Below the pieces are notes generated by a model. The model was not told the origin of the DNA, made no database searches, and saw only the letters and a list, made by a program, of their open reading frames with translations. A stretch of DNA of 53,647 bases, the filler included, from Bipalium vagum (Eukaryota), in the NCBI GenBank assembly GCA_037834085.1. It is 3 parts of 3 records of this genome, joined end to end, with 100 filler letters (N's around TTAATTAATTAA, not from the genome) between each part and the next. Parts side by side here need not be neighbours in the genome. Positions count along the whole stretch, not along the records: positions 1 to 18,950 come from JBBMKC010014767.1; 2 more parts are not named here. One strand, given 5' to 3'. Each line of letters starts with the position of its first letter. Position 1 is the stretch's first letter. Of the stretch, positions 1-13,269 are shown in pieces. The position numbers and the translations under genes were made by a program.

Positions 1-1110
1 GTTGTCCAGTATGAAATTGCGGATTTTTTATATTAATTTTCAAATTAAAGTTAATCACAAACGTTAACAATAAATTGCTTGTTTATATATAATAAATTAA
101 AGAGTAACTTTCAAACTTTAATATAAATATAAAAGTAATCAAATTAATTTAAAGTAAAAGTTTTTTATCGTTCTTTACTAGGCATGGTTGATCAACAAAT
201 TCGAGTATGCATATTATACGAGTTAAAACTTAACCACAATGCATCAGAAGCAACTCGAAATATTAATGCTGCATGGGGTGAACGTATTATAAGCGAAAGA
301 ACAACACAGATATGGTTCAAAAAATTTCTAGACCGAGACCTAAGTCTCCAAAACCAAGACCGCGGAAGACCCAATTCCCTCTTAAATGAAGCCCAATGAA
401 GTCAGCTGTCAAAGAAAATACTCGAACAAATGTGAGAGAACTTGCCCAAGTTCTCAAGGTGTTCAAATCAACAATTTCCACCCATCTAAAAGGGATTGGT
501 AAGGCTAAGAAGCTTGATTCATGGATTCCTCATGATTTAACAGAAAATCAACAGAAATATCGATTGCAAATCTGTTCGTCATTAATAAATCGGAACCAAA
601 TTGATCCCTTTGTGTCTCGTATTATAATATGCGATGAAAAGTGGATTATGTACAACAATCGTAGACGATCAGCGCAATGGTTAAATGCTGATGAGAAGCC
701 AAAAACCATGTCTAAACCAAGCCTTCACCCAAAGAGGACTATGATAACTGTGTGATGGTCTGAGGATGGCTTAATACATTACAATTTCTTGAAATCAGGT
801 GAAACGATTACCTCACAGTCATACTGTCAAGAAATTGAGGCTATGCGAACAAAGCTGATTTAAAAACAACCAAGTCTTGTAAACCGAAAGGAGCCGATCA
901 TGCTTCAGGATAATGCAAGACCCCATGTTTCTAAAGTGACCTTACAAAAATTACATGCCTTACAGTACGAAGTTTTACCTCATCCAGCTTATTCCTCAGA
1001 TCTTTCACCTACAGAGTACCACCTAATCAAGCAAATGGATGCATTTCTGGCTAATAAAATTTTCCAGGACCAAGATGCCATTGAAAACGACATCGCTCAA
1101 TTTTTTGATT
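1..1110 (+). mobile_element. Mariner (DD34D) element with decayed transposase; 5' TIR at the window edge, 3' end truncated
   Basis: TIR-like gttgtccagtatgaaattgcggatttt at 1-27. ORF pieces 184-399, 396-755 and 900-1175 join into a transposase with an HTH (WFKKF...GRP), WIPHDLT, ICDEKW, QDNARPH and HPAYSSDLSPTEY. Frameshift near 396 and in-frame stops near 753 and 861. Confidence 0.93.
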
Positions 1111-1199
1111 TTACTTTAGGCATTTATTATACCAAAATGTGCCAAAGCACTGAAAAGTTTATTAGTAATTTGTAATTATTGTGGTCGCTTTATCAAGGG

Positions 1200-1930
1200 A
1201 TATGCCAATATTTCGAGACCGTCAGAACAATTGTGTTGAACAAAAAAATGAAAAAACACATGGGTGGATAAATGGGAATAGGTAATAAAAATTATAAACA
1301 GCTTTTACCATCACATTCGCATTAAGGTATCCAAATTTAAAGAGAGCTTATTTTGGATATAGATATTAACTTAGCCGCAATTGGGGAAACAAAAAAGAGT
1401 TACAAAAATGTCTAAGTTAGTACATTGCATCACTCGCATTACTCGCAGGAATTAATTGTGATGCACTACTTCAGCAATCACTTCAGGCACTACTTGTACG
1501 GCAAAAAATTTACAAAAAAAAATTTACAAAAGAGCTAATGGTTTATAACAGGTATTGACTTTCCAAAAAGTTGTGGTTACGCTATAACCTTAAAATAATT
1601 ATATTAGGTACTTTGAAAAGAGACCGACAAAATAAACTGTAGAAAGCCATTGACAATGAAGAATTCACTTTACATTGGAAATGACAATTTTCTTCCAAAA
1701 TTGTTCTTTGGTATCTCTTATTCGATTGTCGACCAGTTTTTGAGAATTCTGTCCGGCTTCTATCACCATTTCTGAATCGATTGAAACATACTTTGTACTG
1801 AGCCTCACTCAATCTATTCTACATAAAAATTCATGTATTTTTAGATGATCAATTATTGTACTTGAGCTCTGATCAAATTATTGTAGTAGACAGTGTCTTA
1901 TGACTTATTTGCATCCATATTTTGATATTT
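1200..1930 (-). mobile_element. Degenerate mariner relic, opposite orientation to the first
   Basis: ORF 1582-1812 begins SEAQYKVCFNRFRNGDRS...GRQ, matching the mariner N-terminal HTH (WFxRFxxG...SGRP). The rest is heavily decayed and boundaries are approximate. Confidence 0.6.
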
Positions 1931-2899
1931 TAAAATATTTTTAGCAACAATGTAATTTAACACAAAATAATAAATGTTACTCGGTTCCAATTTTTCTTCA
2001 ATCTTGTTTCGATTTTGTTTCGATCTAACTGCAGTTCTTCCAATGTCGTCAAAATTCAGCTTCGCATCAACTCAACTTGTTTTAATTCCTAAATGAACTT
2101 TCCTAAATCACCTGATTTCAACTCAAGTTCTTTTTCAACTTCTAATCACTTAACTCAACTTTGCTCTGACTTATTTCTTATTTAGTTTTACTCAAATTTC
2201 AGTTTTGCTTCTGACTGTGATAGCTCAACTATCTCTCTACACAGAAGTTTTCAGATATTCTCTACCAGTCACTCAACGATCCAAGACAGCATTGCAGTCT
2301 TAAAAACTCAAAATCTTCGTTTTTCTCCCTTTTTCATTAACGAATTAGACTGAGCTAAATAATTAATTTATTTCTCATGTCACCATCTATTTCCCTTTCA
2401 TTCGGCCATCTCACATTGGATTCATAAAAGCTCTTAATTTTAGTACAATCAATGGAAAATAAATTACTGTTTTTATTAGCAACATTGCTAATTCAGTTTC
2501 CAAGATTTTATTATAGTTTTTTACATTGTGATTATTATTTTTTGTATGATTATTTATATTATATTTTACTAAAAAATGTAGATTGTTTGATGCAAAGCTC
2601 GAAATCGACATAAGCCCAAACTACACCATCAATATTGTACTTCTTTATATTATACCATTCATTTTAATTATTACTACTCATTAATCATTACTTTTGTAAT
2701 TAACACATTGGTATTTATCTAACAAATCGCGCTTCATCAAAAAAATTTGCAATGGATCATATAAATGAATTAACAAATCTAATTACATGAATCAAACATA
2801 CTAAATTTCGTTAACCTTACTTAAATTATTAAATGAATTAAGACGTAAATATTAATATAAAATAAAATAAAAATGTTAAAATAACTTAACTATGTACTT

Positions 2900-3390
2900 T
2901 AAAAGCACGAGAATAATTTGGAAATATTACTATAAATTATTAATGTTGGCTGGCCAATCAAAAAGACTAAAATCCCTTCCCAATCAGTCATCTAATCAAG
3001 TATTTGATACAAAATCCCAAAATCATCTTTTACAACCAAATACAAATGAGATCACTGATTCCTCTGGTAAAAACCACCAGCGAAAAACAGACTCCACTAC
3101 AAAACGTATTCGCCTTAAACATTATCACTCGTAGATCCACAAATAAAACAACTTCAAATACACCGCACACATACATGACCAGAAAGACACGAAAAACTGG
3201 CCAAGAATGGGGAAGTTGTCACCTAGCTGACAATGCAATCTGGTCTCAATGGGAATCATCGTTGATCTTTGGCCTTTGTCAGCTTGAGCCACTATTCCTG
3301 TGATCTGTATACCCTATCTTTGTATATTCCCTATTTTTATATCAATTAATCAATTTATTTTCGTTGATTTATATAGAACTTACGTATCAC
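2900..3390 (+). mobile_element. Possible 3' end of an LTR retrotransposon (integrase tail, PPT, short LTR)
   Basis: Remnants YLIQ and RLKHYH resemble integrase C-terminal motifs. Purine run aagaatggggaag is followed closely by tgtcacc (~3217), with a candidate ...tcaca end near 3390. Confidence 0.3.
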
Positions 3391-3899
3391 ACCGCAAATC
3401 CCTTACTATAGAAAATATATAGAAAAAACAATAAAATAGAGACCAAAACATGCAAATTAATTGTAAAATCTTTGAAAAAAATTTTCAAGGCAAAACTGTA
3501 TTAATAAGTCATTTAAAATAAAAAAATTACAATGAATAATTAAAACATTATGAAAAACATTATAATAAACATTTAAGCAACTACCAAAATATTAAACTGA
3601 TTATTTTGATTATAATAAAGAAATCTTCCATTATGAATTTTAAAAATATGATCATAATATTGACAATTTTAAAGATAGTAAAATTGAATTAACTACAGAA
3701 ACTAATAATAGAAATATTCACAATTTTAAAAGAGAAAAAATGAAAATATTAGAAAAATACTTTTAAGTAAGTAATAAATTTTTATAATAGATATTAATAC
3801 AATGTAGTTATGAAAGAAATGTTTCTGGAGAAAAACAAGAATTATCATCTTCATATTATTCTAAACCAGAAAAATAAGAAATACACTTTTATCAAATTT

Positions 3900-5150
3900 A
3901 GATCAATTAAATAAGCATATGTAAAAAAAATACAGGATCAGGATGAAATTTTCAGGATATTAAATGAATAAGGCTAGATTCATTTAAATATTAAAGTTTA
4001 GTTGATTCTATGGAAAATATAAGAGAAAAATATTTACAGTATTATGATCTATATTTTTGTTATTGTTATTCTCCAGGTTTAAGTTGGAATTATGAATTAA
4101 AATTTAGTAAAGTCAAATAAAAATATTTTAAAAAAAAGAAACATATGATCAGTTATTATTAATAGAAAAAAGAATATGGGGAAGAATATCAAGTATTTAT
4201 GGAAATAAAAAGTAAAATTAAAGAATAGATATATTAATACAAAATTAGCTTATTATTATAATATGTAAACAACACACCAAGAACTGCAAAATGTACAAAA
4301 TGAACTAAAAATTATTCTCCAAAATTAAAGAAAAGGGTTTTAAACAAATATTTTAAAGAAACATCTTAAGTATTATGACATCTTTATATTCAAGTTCAAT
4401 ACCATTGCCAACAGGAGAGATAAATGAAGAAGAAAATTTAATATACTAAATAATGTCTCATAATATTGTTTATATATATGTAATTGATTTAGAATATCCT
4501 TTTGAATTGCATGACAAAAAAACTTATTTCCATTCTTTCCAGAAAAGATAAAAGTAACAAATTATTAAATGTTATCAAATTAAAAATAAAACTTTAAATA
4601 TCTTCTCAGAAAAATTAATTTTAACTCAATTTGATAAATTAATTATATAATAGAAGGTTTGGTTGGTATTTAGATCATGGAATGATATTTAATAATTCAT
4701 AAGACATTAATTTTTAAAAAATCAACTTGGTTAAAATCATACATAGAATTTAAAATAGAAACAAGAGCAGAAGCTAAAAGAAATAAAATTGATTTGGTGA
4801 TTTTTTTCAAATTATTAAATATTAATAATTCATTTTATAGAAAACTTTAGAAAATGTTATAAAAGGCAAAAAATAGAAAGTTTTAGATAATAATAAACTT
4901 CAATTATGTACTTCTAAATTAACATTTGAAAGAAGTAAAATATTTTCTGATGATTTATCACCTTGTCATATTAAAAGATTTAAAATATTATTTGATAAAT
5001 TTAACTGTAATATTTTGTATTAGAATATTCTAAATTAATTGTATAAATTTATTTACTATGTATTAGAAAAGATTATTCCAGGAAAATATAAAATTCTTGT
5101 AGGAAATAATCTATAAAAAATCAATGGAAAATAATTTTAAATATGATAAA
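3900..5150 (+). pseudogene. Decayed protein-primed family B DNA polymerase (Polinton/Maverick/adintovirus type)
   Basis: Ordered motif remnants across frameshifts: MENIREKYLQYYDL; PGLSW (~4073); YIYVIDLEYPFELHD (~4470-4515); WYLDHGMI; KKSTWLKSYIEF (~4716-4751); FFKLLN-INNSFY-RK..ENV (~4803-4858). These match the pPolB pattern PGLSW / EVDLEYPxELHD / WLKPYIDFN / FFKLMNNSVFGKTMENV. Confidence 0.75.
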
Positions 5151-5199
5151 AATTTAATGCCTTTAAAAGAAAATGAATTTTATATAAAAATTAAACCAA

Positions 5200-5970
5200 A
5201 TAGGCCCTCTAAGTTTGCAAAATGGCAACTCTTTGGAATAGTAAATATTAAAAATTTATTGAGAAAATTGCAAGTTAAATATTTATTTTGAATAATCAAC
5301 CAGATGTAATATTTTTTAAAGTAATTTTTCACCATATATATGTTTGATTGTTTAACTGATAAATTTTAATTAAATTTATTTTTTTTCAAATTCCAGTTTT
5401 CTTTTGCTTTGATTATCTAATTTATCAAATATATCTAATATATCATTATGGAAACACCATCGAAACATAATCCCATTTAAGTTATGTTGATCCAGCCATT
5501 ATTAGAAATGCATCGAGTTGATCTGGCTAAAAGGAGCTTAAAAATGACGATGGTTAACTTTCCAGTAGTAGGGGCAATGGTTTCGGTTTAACAATAGTTA
5601 AGCATTCCTTAGGATTCATTTATTGGGATTCTTGAAAATGGCGAAATTATTGACTCTGAACGTTACTGCAAACAATTAAACAGTTTAAATTTTGTTCTTC
5701 AAAAAATAAGATGCAGTTTTGTTAGTAGAAATGTTTTTTCTTCAATATGATAATGCTAATCAAAGTTGACACAAAAAAAAATTAACACAACTGCGTTGTG
5801 AAGTCTTGGAACATCTACCATATACCCCAGATATGAAAACATGTTTTCATATGACTTAAAAACTTTCTTTGATCAAAGTAATACTGAATTTTATTCCGAT
5901 GGTATTTAATATTTGGTAGATAGGTGGAGAAGAAGAACATATTATCATTTTATTTTCACGTTCTGTTGAT
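5200..5970 (+). mobile_element. Internally deleted mariner relic
   Basis: Remnants ENGEIIDSERYCKQLNSL, LQYDNA, EVLEHLPYTPD and FYSDGI*YLVDRWR, in mariner order. Confidence 0.8.
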
Positions 5971-6079
5971 TAAATTTTTATTTTTAATCTAATTATAATT
6001 ATTTTCTTATTTATAATCAAAAATTTTACTCATAATCCGGAACAGATTATAATTAATTAATATATAAGTCCGTAGTTAG

Positions 6080-7900
6080 GGACTTTAGATACTAAATCAT
6101 TTTCCCACTAACATGATAGAAATTAGCAGCATCGGGAGGAAGAATGGGGAAATATGATATGGAATAATAAATTTTCACACCAAACGATCGGATTGGTCGG
6201 GTAGCTCTGAGGAGTTGATATATAAATAACAAAGAAAAATGCTAATAAATAGTTGTGGTAACATTGTTAATTTAATTTTGGTATTTGAGGAGAAAAGGAA
6301 ATCAATGATTATCGAAGAATTTTCTCAGTTATCGGCTGATGATACTGTAAATTATTGAAAGAGAGGGTCATTTTTTGTAACAGTTGTTTGGTCAAGAAAT
6401 CGTTATTTATTAGAAGAAATATTTTCTTTTGCGCCAGAAGAATTGGAAGAAATTATTAACAAATTTTTTATTAACTCAGTTTGTCAACATTATTTTTCTT
6501 TGACTCTCATAAGCTTGACTTATTTCCGAGCGAATGGTTGGGCTTGATTGACGGTCCATGGGTAAAGGTTTACACGCAGTGGAGAGAGCATCCTTATTTT
6601 TTGTTTTTTATTATCGTTTCATTTTAACTGATTTATTTCTATAATTTGCTTATAATCTCTGTTGATTCTTCTTTATAACAAGATTGATTATAACTAATAT
6701 TTCAATGCATTGACACTGGTTACCTTGAATTGATATTTTGTTGATATTATCAATCCATTGCCATTACCTTTGTTTAGTATTTTTCATATTGCATCAAAAG
6801 AAGATTGGTTTTACCAGTGTACCTTTATTTTGACGTTTGAATTTGATTTTTTTATAACTTCAGTTGTATTTGTTATTAATACAAGTATAATATTGTGTTT
6901 TATATTGACATAAATGACATATAAAGGGTTTTGATTTGAGTTCGATTGTTAAGATTAATTTTAATTTGAGTTGTTATTTTGTAACAATAATAATTTGTCC
7001 TTTACTTGTGAACATTGCTGTTTATTAGGGTTTAACAATCATATTAATTTCGGTATTATTAAAAAATCCTTGATAACCATCCTCTTTCACCTGATCATAA
7101 ATCAAATGCAGTAAATCTATTTTGAATATAATTTAGAGTCTCAGCGCTATTAGGTTGAGAATATTATAGTCATAACCTTATTCTGTACATATTTAGGCTA
7201 TCATTATCCAATACCTAACTAAACGTAAAATAAAACAGTTTTGAAGTCAAATTATCAATGAAATTGGTTAATTCTCATTATCAAATATTCATTGTGATTG
7301 TATTTAAACCAATCACTATCTTATCTTAGTCAATTAAAATAGGATTCTTTGTATTGAGTAATGAAGTGTTAGTCCGAACTACCACTGATTAATCTTCATT
7401 ACCAAACAATATGATTAACAAAGTGTGAACAAATAAAAATAACTTTAGAATTATTATTATTATTTAGAATTACATCAAAAACGTTATCAATGTGAAACTA
7501 TTTTTTTCAAATCACAGAAATGTTTTTCAAATATAGACCCATTCAAAGTGTTTAAGAAATTGTTGGCCGATTCAGCAGTTTTTGAATCTGCCAATGTCTT
7601 TTATTCCACAATGCCATTAGAGAAAAACGTTTTCATTCTTCAAGACCGATAATTACAATCAGGCTCCATGAAGATCACTTTAACTGATGATTATACTTTC
7701 AGAGGACTATTGGCAAAATTCAAGAATAATATTTGATTAATACTGTATAGTCAATGAGATAATGTTTATTTACTTACGGTAGACCATAAATGCTGCCACT
7801 GGGCCTTGTCGAAATAATATTTTAGTTTTATATTTTAAACCATTTATTTCTACTTAATTAACTTTCAGCTAATGAATGTTCATGTTGGAGTTCAAAGTTC
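6080..7900 (-). mobile_element. Probable Penelope-like retroelement relic (RT region)
   Basis: Minus-strand remnants resembling PK...LRPIISQPNSA (~7145-7197), MFTS (~7005-7016), a KQxxGxAMG-like segment (~6755-6776) and a TxxRKP-like segment (~6565-6582), in Penelope RT order. Very decayed. Confidence 0.4.
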
Positions 7901-8899
7901 ATTCTTAAATCGACGTTTATTTAACGAGCCATAAATAATCTTTATTTTTATAAATAAATAATATTTAATTTTTTATTTATATATATGATATCATATGTGT
8001 TATCCTTATTTTAATTTTAATATTTTATTTATTTTTTCATTTAATATTGATTTCTGTCGAATTAATTTTCATTAATTCAACCTTCAATATTGATTTCATT
8101 GACATCACTCCTTAAAGTTTAATCAACTTTTCCTAATATTAATATTAATAATAATTATTAATTATAATTTATAGTGCAGATAGTATAAATAGTAATAATA
8201 TTCATACACAAAATGATCCTAAATTTTAAAATTGATAAGACTGCAAAGTCTAAATTCCACATTGTTTCCATACATGGTTGTCGGTGTGTTATTAATTATA
8301 TTTAATAAGAAATGCTAATTTGTTTATAGTATACAATAATAAACAGTAACAATAAAATATTTAGTAACAACTTAACAATAAGCTTTGTGATTCATTTATA
8401 ATTATAAATAAGATTATGATGTCCTGACAAGCGTCGTGACAGATGTCGTGACCATTCACCAATTTAATTTAGTTGTATTATTTATTAAAATTATATTATA
8501 TTTTATTATTATATTATATACTAATTCTTCACAATTGTACAACTTTTCGTATCAGAGATCAAAAAATATTTTAAGGAATAAATCACAAAATACACATGTA
8601 CAAAGTAATTACCTATTACGGTTCCAGGGAAATTTTTCTAGTCAGGACTAATTTTTTTTTATTCTCACTTCAAAAATAATCGGTTTCCGAAAATATTATA
8701 GCAGGTGGCCAATAAAATATTGATCATTTATTTCATATCGATTTTTTCCAACTGATTCTTATTAACGATTTATTTTGTTTATGTGCAGTATTTAAATATC
8801 TTTCAAAATATACAATATTTCAATTGTGGTGTCTTTATTCCGAATCCGAGAACTTATTCACACACCTAAACACCAAATACACAAAAGTTTTCTATTTAA

Positions 8900-9990
8900 A
8901 AATATTTTTATACAATGACGAATGATGAGAGTGTATGAAATTTAGTAACAACCCACCATAGGAATGGTAAGACACAAGAATAAATTTATCAACCTCTAGT
9001 GTATACTGTACAAAATCTCACTATTTACAAGTGGATTAAACTTTTAATTGTGTTCTCGAAACTCATCTGGACGGCTAAGAATTGTATGAACAAAATCTTT
9101 TGTCGCTAAAATCAAACGAAACAATATAGCAAACAAGCAATTGATATCAGCTAAAACATTAGTCATGGAGTTACACTGTTCTCGAGGAAGTGTTGCTCAT
9201 GCTATACATGATGACTTGGCATTAAAATGCTATATGTGAATCATAGTACCTCATCTATCTGAGTCTGACATTAGTCGACGAAAAACGAGTTCTTATTGGT
9301 TAAGAAAAGATTCTAAGAGGAAACATTAAAGAAAAACATGTTTAGTGATGAGAAACGGCTTGATGCATATGGTCAATGGAATCCTAAAAATGACGGCATT
9401 TATGCTGCCTCAAGGGAAAAGGTAAATCAATAAGATGATCTTTACCAAGAAGAAAGTGATTGTATCAGGATACAACAGAACTCGTATTCTTAACTGCAAA
9501 AAAATCATTTAATTCAGAATTTAAAATAAAACTGTGGAAAGAAGTTACTAAGAAACGATTTAATCTATCAACAGGATGATGCCACTTGTGACACAAGCAA
9601 AGAAACCATTGAAGCAATAAAATGCTGGTATTTCATTTGTTTCTTCTAATCATTGGCCACCGAATTCACTGAATATAATTCTCTTGATTATTTCTTTTGG
9701 GACGGAGTAGCGCAGAAACTTAAACAAAAAGTTCAAAACCGTGGAGAGATGATAAGAAAAATTAAGCAAACAATTAACGAAATTCCTTTAAATGTGATTT
9801 TTCACGCCATTGATTCCATCCGACAACGAGGTTCGGCTGTAAAAAAAACCTTGGGAGATTTAATTAAACGTTGTTTTAACTAATTAAAGTATTGATTATC
9901 TTTCTGTAATTACTTTTATTTGTTTTAACTATCATTATCCATTTCATGTAAATCGCGATTAGAAGGTTTCTCCTTCCTTATTGACCGACC
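8900..9990 (+). mobile_element. IS630-Tc1-mariner relic of DD37D/maT type
   Basis: MFSDEKR (~9338), YQQDDATCDT (~9566), and a WPPNS../DYFFW motif (9654-9700, frameshifted). This matches the FSDEK / QQDGAPxH / WPPxSPDLNPLDY pattern. Confidence 0.75.
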
Positions 9991-10140
9991 GTTACCATGC
10001 TCCGTTGTTAGAAAGAAAGAGGGAATTAGTACAAATGAGTTTATTGCATATAAAAGTTAACTTCAGAATAGAAAAGTATTTTTATATCACATAATTCAGC
10101 GATTGTGTTATTCTTTGACATTTCGTTAATAAAAGGTGAT

Positions 10141-11205
10141 CTATTCTTGAGCTGAAAATGATTCTGTTGCATTCGACTTGATTTCGGGAGTTGTGGACGT
10201 ACCGGAATTGGTGGACACTTTAGGAATGGTCTTTGTGGATGATATATCTATTTTTTTCAGATCCGTCTTAGAATGTCTAATATAATTCGATATATCCATG
10301 ATAAACTTGTATACGTAACGTTTTCCAGCAGTTTTTTCGATTATGTGCTTATCGTAATAATAACGAAGTCCTCTACTCAGTTTCTCGTAATTCATTTTCG
10401 GCTTATTTTTACGCAATCCCCATCGTCGGGCTACTTCGTCAGGTTCTTTGAGCTTGAATTCATAACCATTACCTGTCCAAGATATGAACTGTTCAGATGA
10501 TGGATTACATAATTCTCCCAATAAAAATTGCCATAGTTGAATAGGACCTTTGTTATATTGATCTGAATTGAGAAATATAATAATAATAAAAAAAATAATA
10601 AAATAATAATAATAATAATAAAAGTTAAATATTTAAATAAATCTTAAGAAAATCCAGATTCTACTAATTAAGATATAATAAAAACAATTTTTCTTTTGAA
10701 AATTTTGAAAATAAAATTAATTTTTTTCTTTAATTATTAATAATAATTATACCTTTATTATTTTCGGTTTTCGTGGAAATATTTGGTTCACTAATATCAA
10801 ATTTTGCGCTTTTGTTACTGGTAGATGCTAAATTGGATTCGTTTGATTTTATTTTGATTTCATCGGAATTATGCTAAAAATATTTAATCAAAATGTTATC
10901 TTATGAAAAATCAACCCATTAACCACTTACGTTTGACCAATCAGGTTGTGTAAAATTAGAGTCTGAACGATTCCAGCCTTGCTCGTTGAAGTTAGAGGTG
11001 GAAAGGTAAGGGTTTTGTGAGTTGTATGAATGGTTATGGTAATCACCATTGTAATACATTTCTGCTGTTTGTTGGTTGGCATAAGAGTCGTTGCAAAATT
11101 TCGGGGTAGTATTTGGAAATGCAGTTAAATAAAGAGACTCAGTGGTGGATTCAAAATTCGGTTGTGGCTGTGTCACTAAAAAAATAAATAATAATAATAA
11201 TAATA

Positions 11206-11253
<48 letters not shown>

Positions 11254-13269
11254 TATAATAATAACGATAATTGTAATTATAATTATAATAATATTTTTAA
11301 ACGAGCTCATACCCTTACCACAATAATTTTGAATTTCCTGTCCATCTATCCCAGTTGTAAGACTGGGAATTTCTAGATAAGAATTAATATTGTTCGGAAA
11401 CCAAGTTTGGTCAGACGATGTTGCTAGGTTATTAGTATTTAGGAGTGTCCAACTATGAGGATGGTATTGCTGATGTAAATGAATTATCGAGCTAGTATCC
11501 AAAATGTTTCTTATATCTTCCTGTGTTATCTCTTGTATAAATTGACCTTGATGAATATGCCCCAAAGGTTCCGGATTGACATAACATTCCTGTTTCACAA
11601 AACTTGACGTTGAACCTAATAAAGAAATTGTTAACCAGAGTGTCAATATACTTAAGTATTATTTACATTAATTACAAGTGAAAGGTCATTTATCGTTTCC
11701 CAGGTTCAATATCAAACAAAATATAAGTTACACATGGATATTGAAAAGCTATTATCGTTCAGTGTTTCAATATATTGACCTTATATCAATTGTGCATTTA
11801 AGCCTTATCGACTCACAATTAGTGATACAAGGTAAACAGTTTAAGATAACAGTAATATTTTGCCCCATGTGGCAGAAACCATTAACTTGCTTAATACCGA
11901 TTCTCCTTGTCTAGACATAGATAAAGGGAAGTGTACACCAGCTGGCAATGTTACAAATGCAGATGCAGTCCAACGTATAGCGAGATTAATGGCACGGGTG
12001 AAAAGAGTATTACATTGTTTTCTGTTTTATGCAGATTAGACAACAACAAAATTGGATTTGGGAAACAGATCTTCACACTTATCTCCCCACATTGTTGATA
12101 TAGAGGATTTGTTATTTCGTATACCTTTACCCATTATTGCACGAAGACATGAACACTTATTTCAGTAATCTGCCAAAGTCCGAATATTCATCAAGTATAC
12201 ATTTGTTGTGAATCAACAATGCATTGGTCAGTAATGTATACAAAATAGCTTCGCTTACAGAGGAGTTCGTTTACTTTATTCTGAAGTATTTTAATGTAAA
12301 CTTAATAATAATAATAATAATATTCATCATAATCATCATTGTCATCATTGATTATTATTTTTCTACAGGTGTTTGTTATTATCACTATTATATGTTCATA
12401 AGGAACGTTTCAATGAGTGAAATTCTTAGGGAAATGATCCCAGAAATTATGGGCTCGAATGTTTTTAAAAAATAAATAAAATAAAATAAACAAATAATAA
12501 AGAAAACAGAATTCAAATAAAATATTTTTCTCCAATACATTTTTATCGTGCTAGAATCAATAAAAAGAAAATCAATGAAATCTGAAATGAAGTCTGGAAT
12601 TACTTAAAATAGTTTCATTAATTTTGGTACTTAAAAATTGATTTTAAATGTTTTAACATTCATTACATTAACACGTAAAACCCAGAGATCGTGGTGAGAA
12701 CATAAAATTGCAATTGTGAACGAAAGTAATTGAAGTGTGCTTAACATCCTACCTTGAACGTAAACAGGCTTCTCTTCTTCTACATTTGGGAACTTGTTGA
12801 TCATGTGAATGTTTTTCTGAGTATTAATGTTCGATTGGACATTGATCGATTCTGATGGAAGTAAATAAGAGCTATTGCCATTAACTAGGTCCTGATAACT
12901 AACTGGAAATGTTTGAGATAGATCTTGAGCATAAATGTCGGGATTTGATTGATCAAATTGGGGGATCCCGAACAAGTTCAAGGCTGGTAATATTGGTATC
13001 TCAACTCCACCAACAACTTGAGGATTTGTATCATAGCCCGCATGACTGTAATGAGGACTGTTGCTTTCTGAATCAATATAGCTGCTATCAATATATGAGC
13101 TACTACTGCCTTCTTTGGTCAAAGGACTGAACTCACACCACATCAGATAATCTTTATTTCCGGAATTCAAATCCGGTGTTTGAAAATGATTGTTTTGTAA
13201 ATTTATCATTTTCCAGGAAATGAATTTTACGAAATGAAACTTGGTATGATACATATTGCCAGAACTCAT
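10141..13269 (-). CDS. ets-1: ETS-domain transcription factor, Ets-1/Ets-2/pointed class (~533 aa); exons 13269-12753, 11615-11319, 11175-10931, 10873-10753, 10562-10141
   Basis: Last exon encodes [13 protein letters not shown]...[61 protein letters not shown], diagnostic of ETS1/2/pointed. All four introns are GT-AG with matching phases (1,1,0,1). The start codon is uncertain (13269 or 13209). Confidence 0.9.
11187..11292. repeat. (TAA)n microsatellite in the Ets intron
   Basis: Long TAA run; it explains the poly-I/poly-Y tail of ORF 11176-11646. Confidence 0.95.

Noticed and set aside
11176-11310. Poly-Ile/poly-Tyr transmembrane tail in ORF 11176-11646
   Set aside because: It is translation of an intronic (TAA)n microsatellite.
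11800-12200. PIF1/Helitron helicase remnant in Ets intron 1 ([18 protein letters not shown] on the minus strand)
   Set aside because: Only one loose motif resemblance and no clear Walker A.
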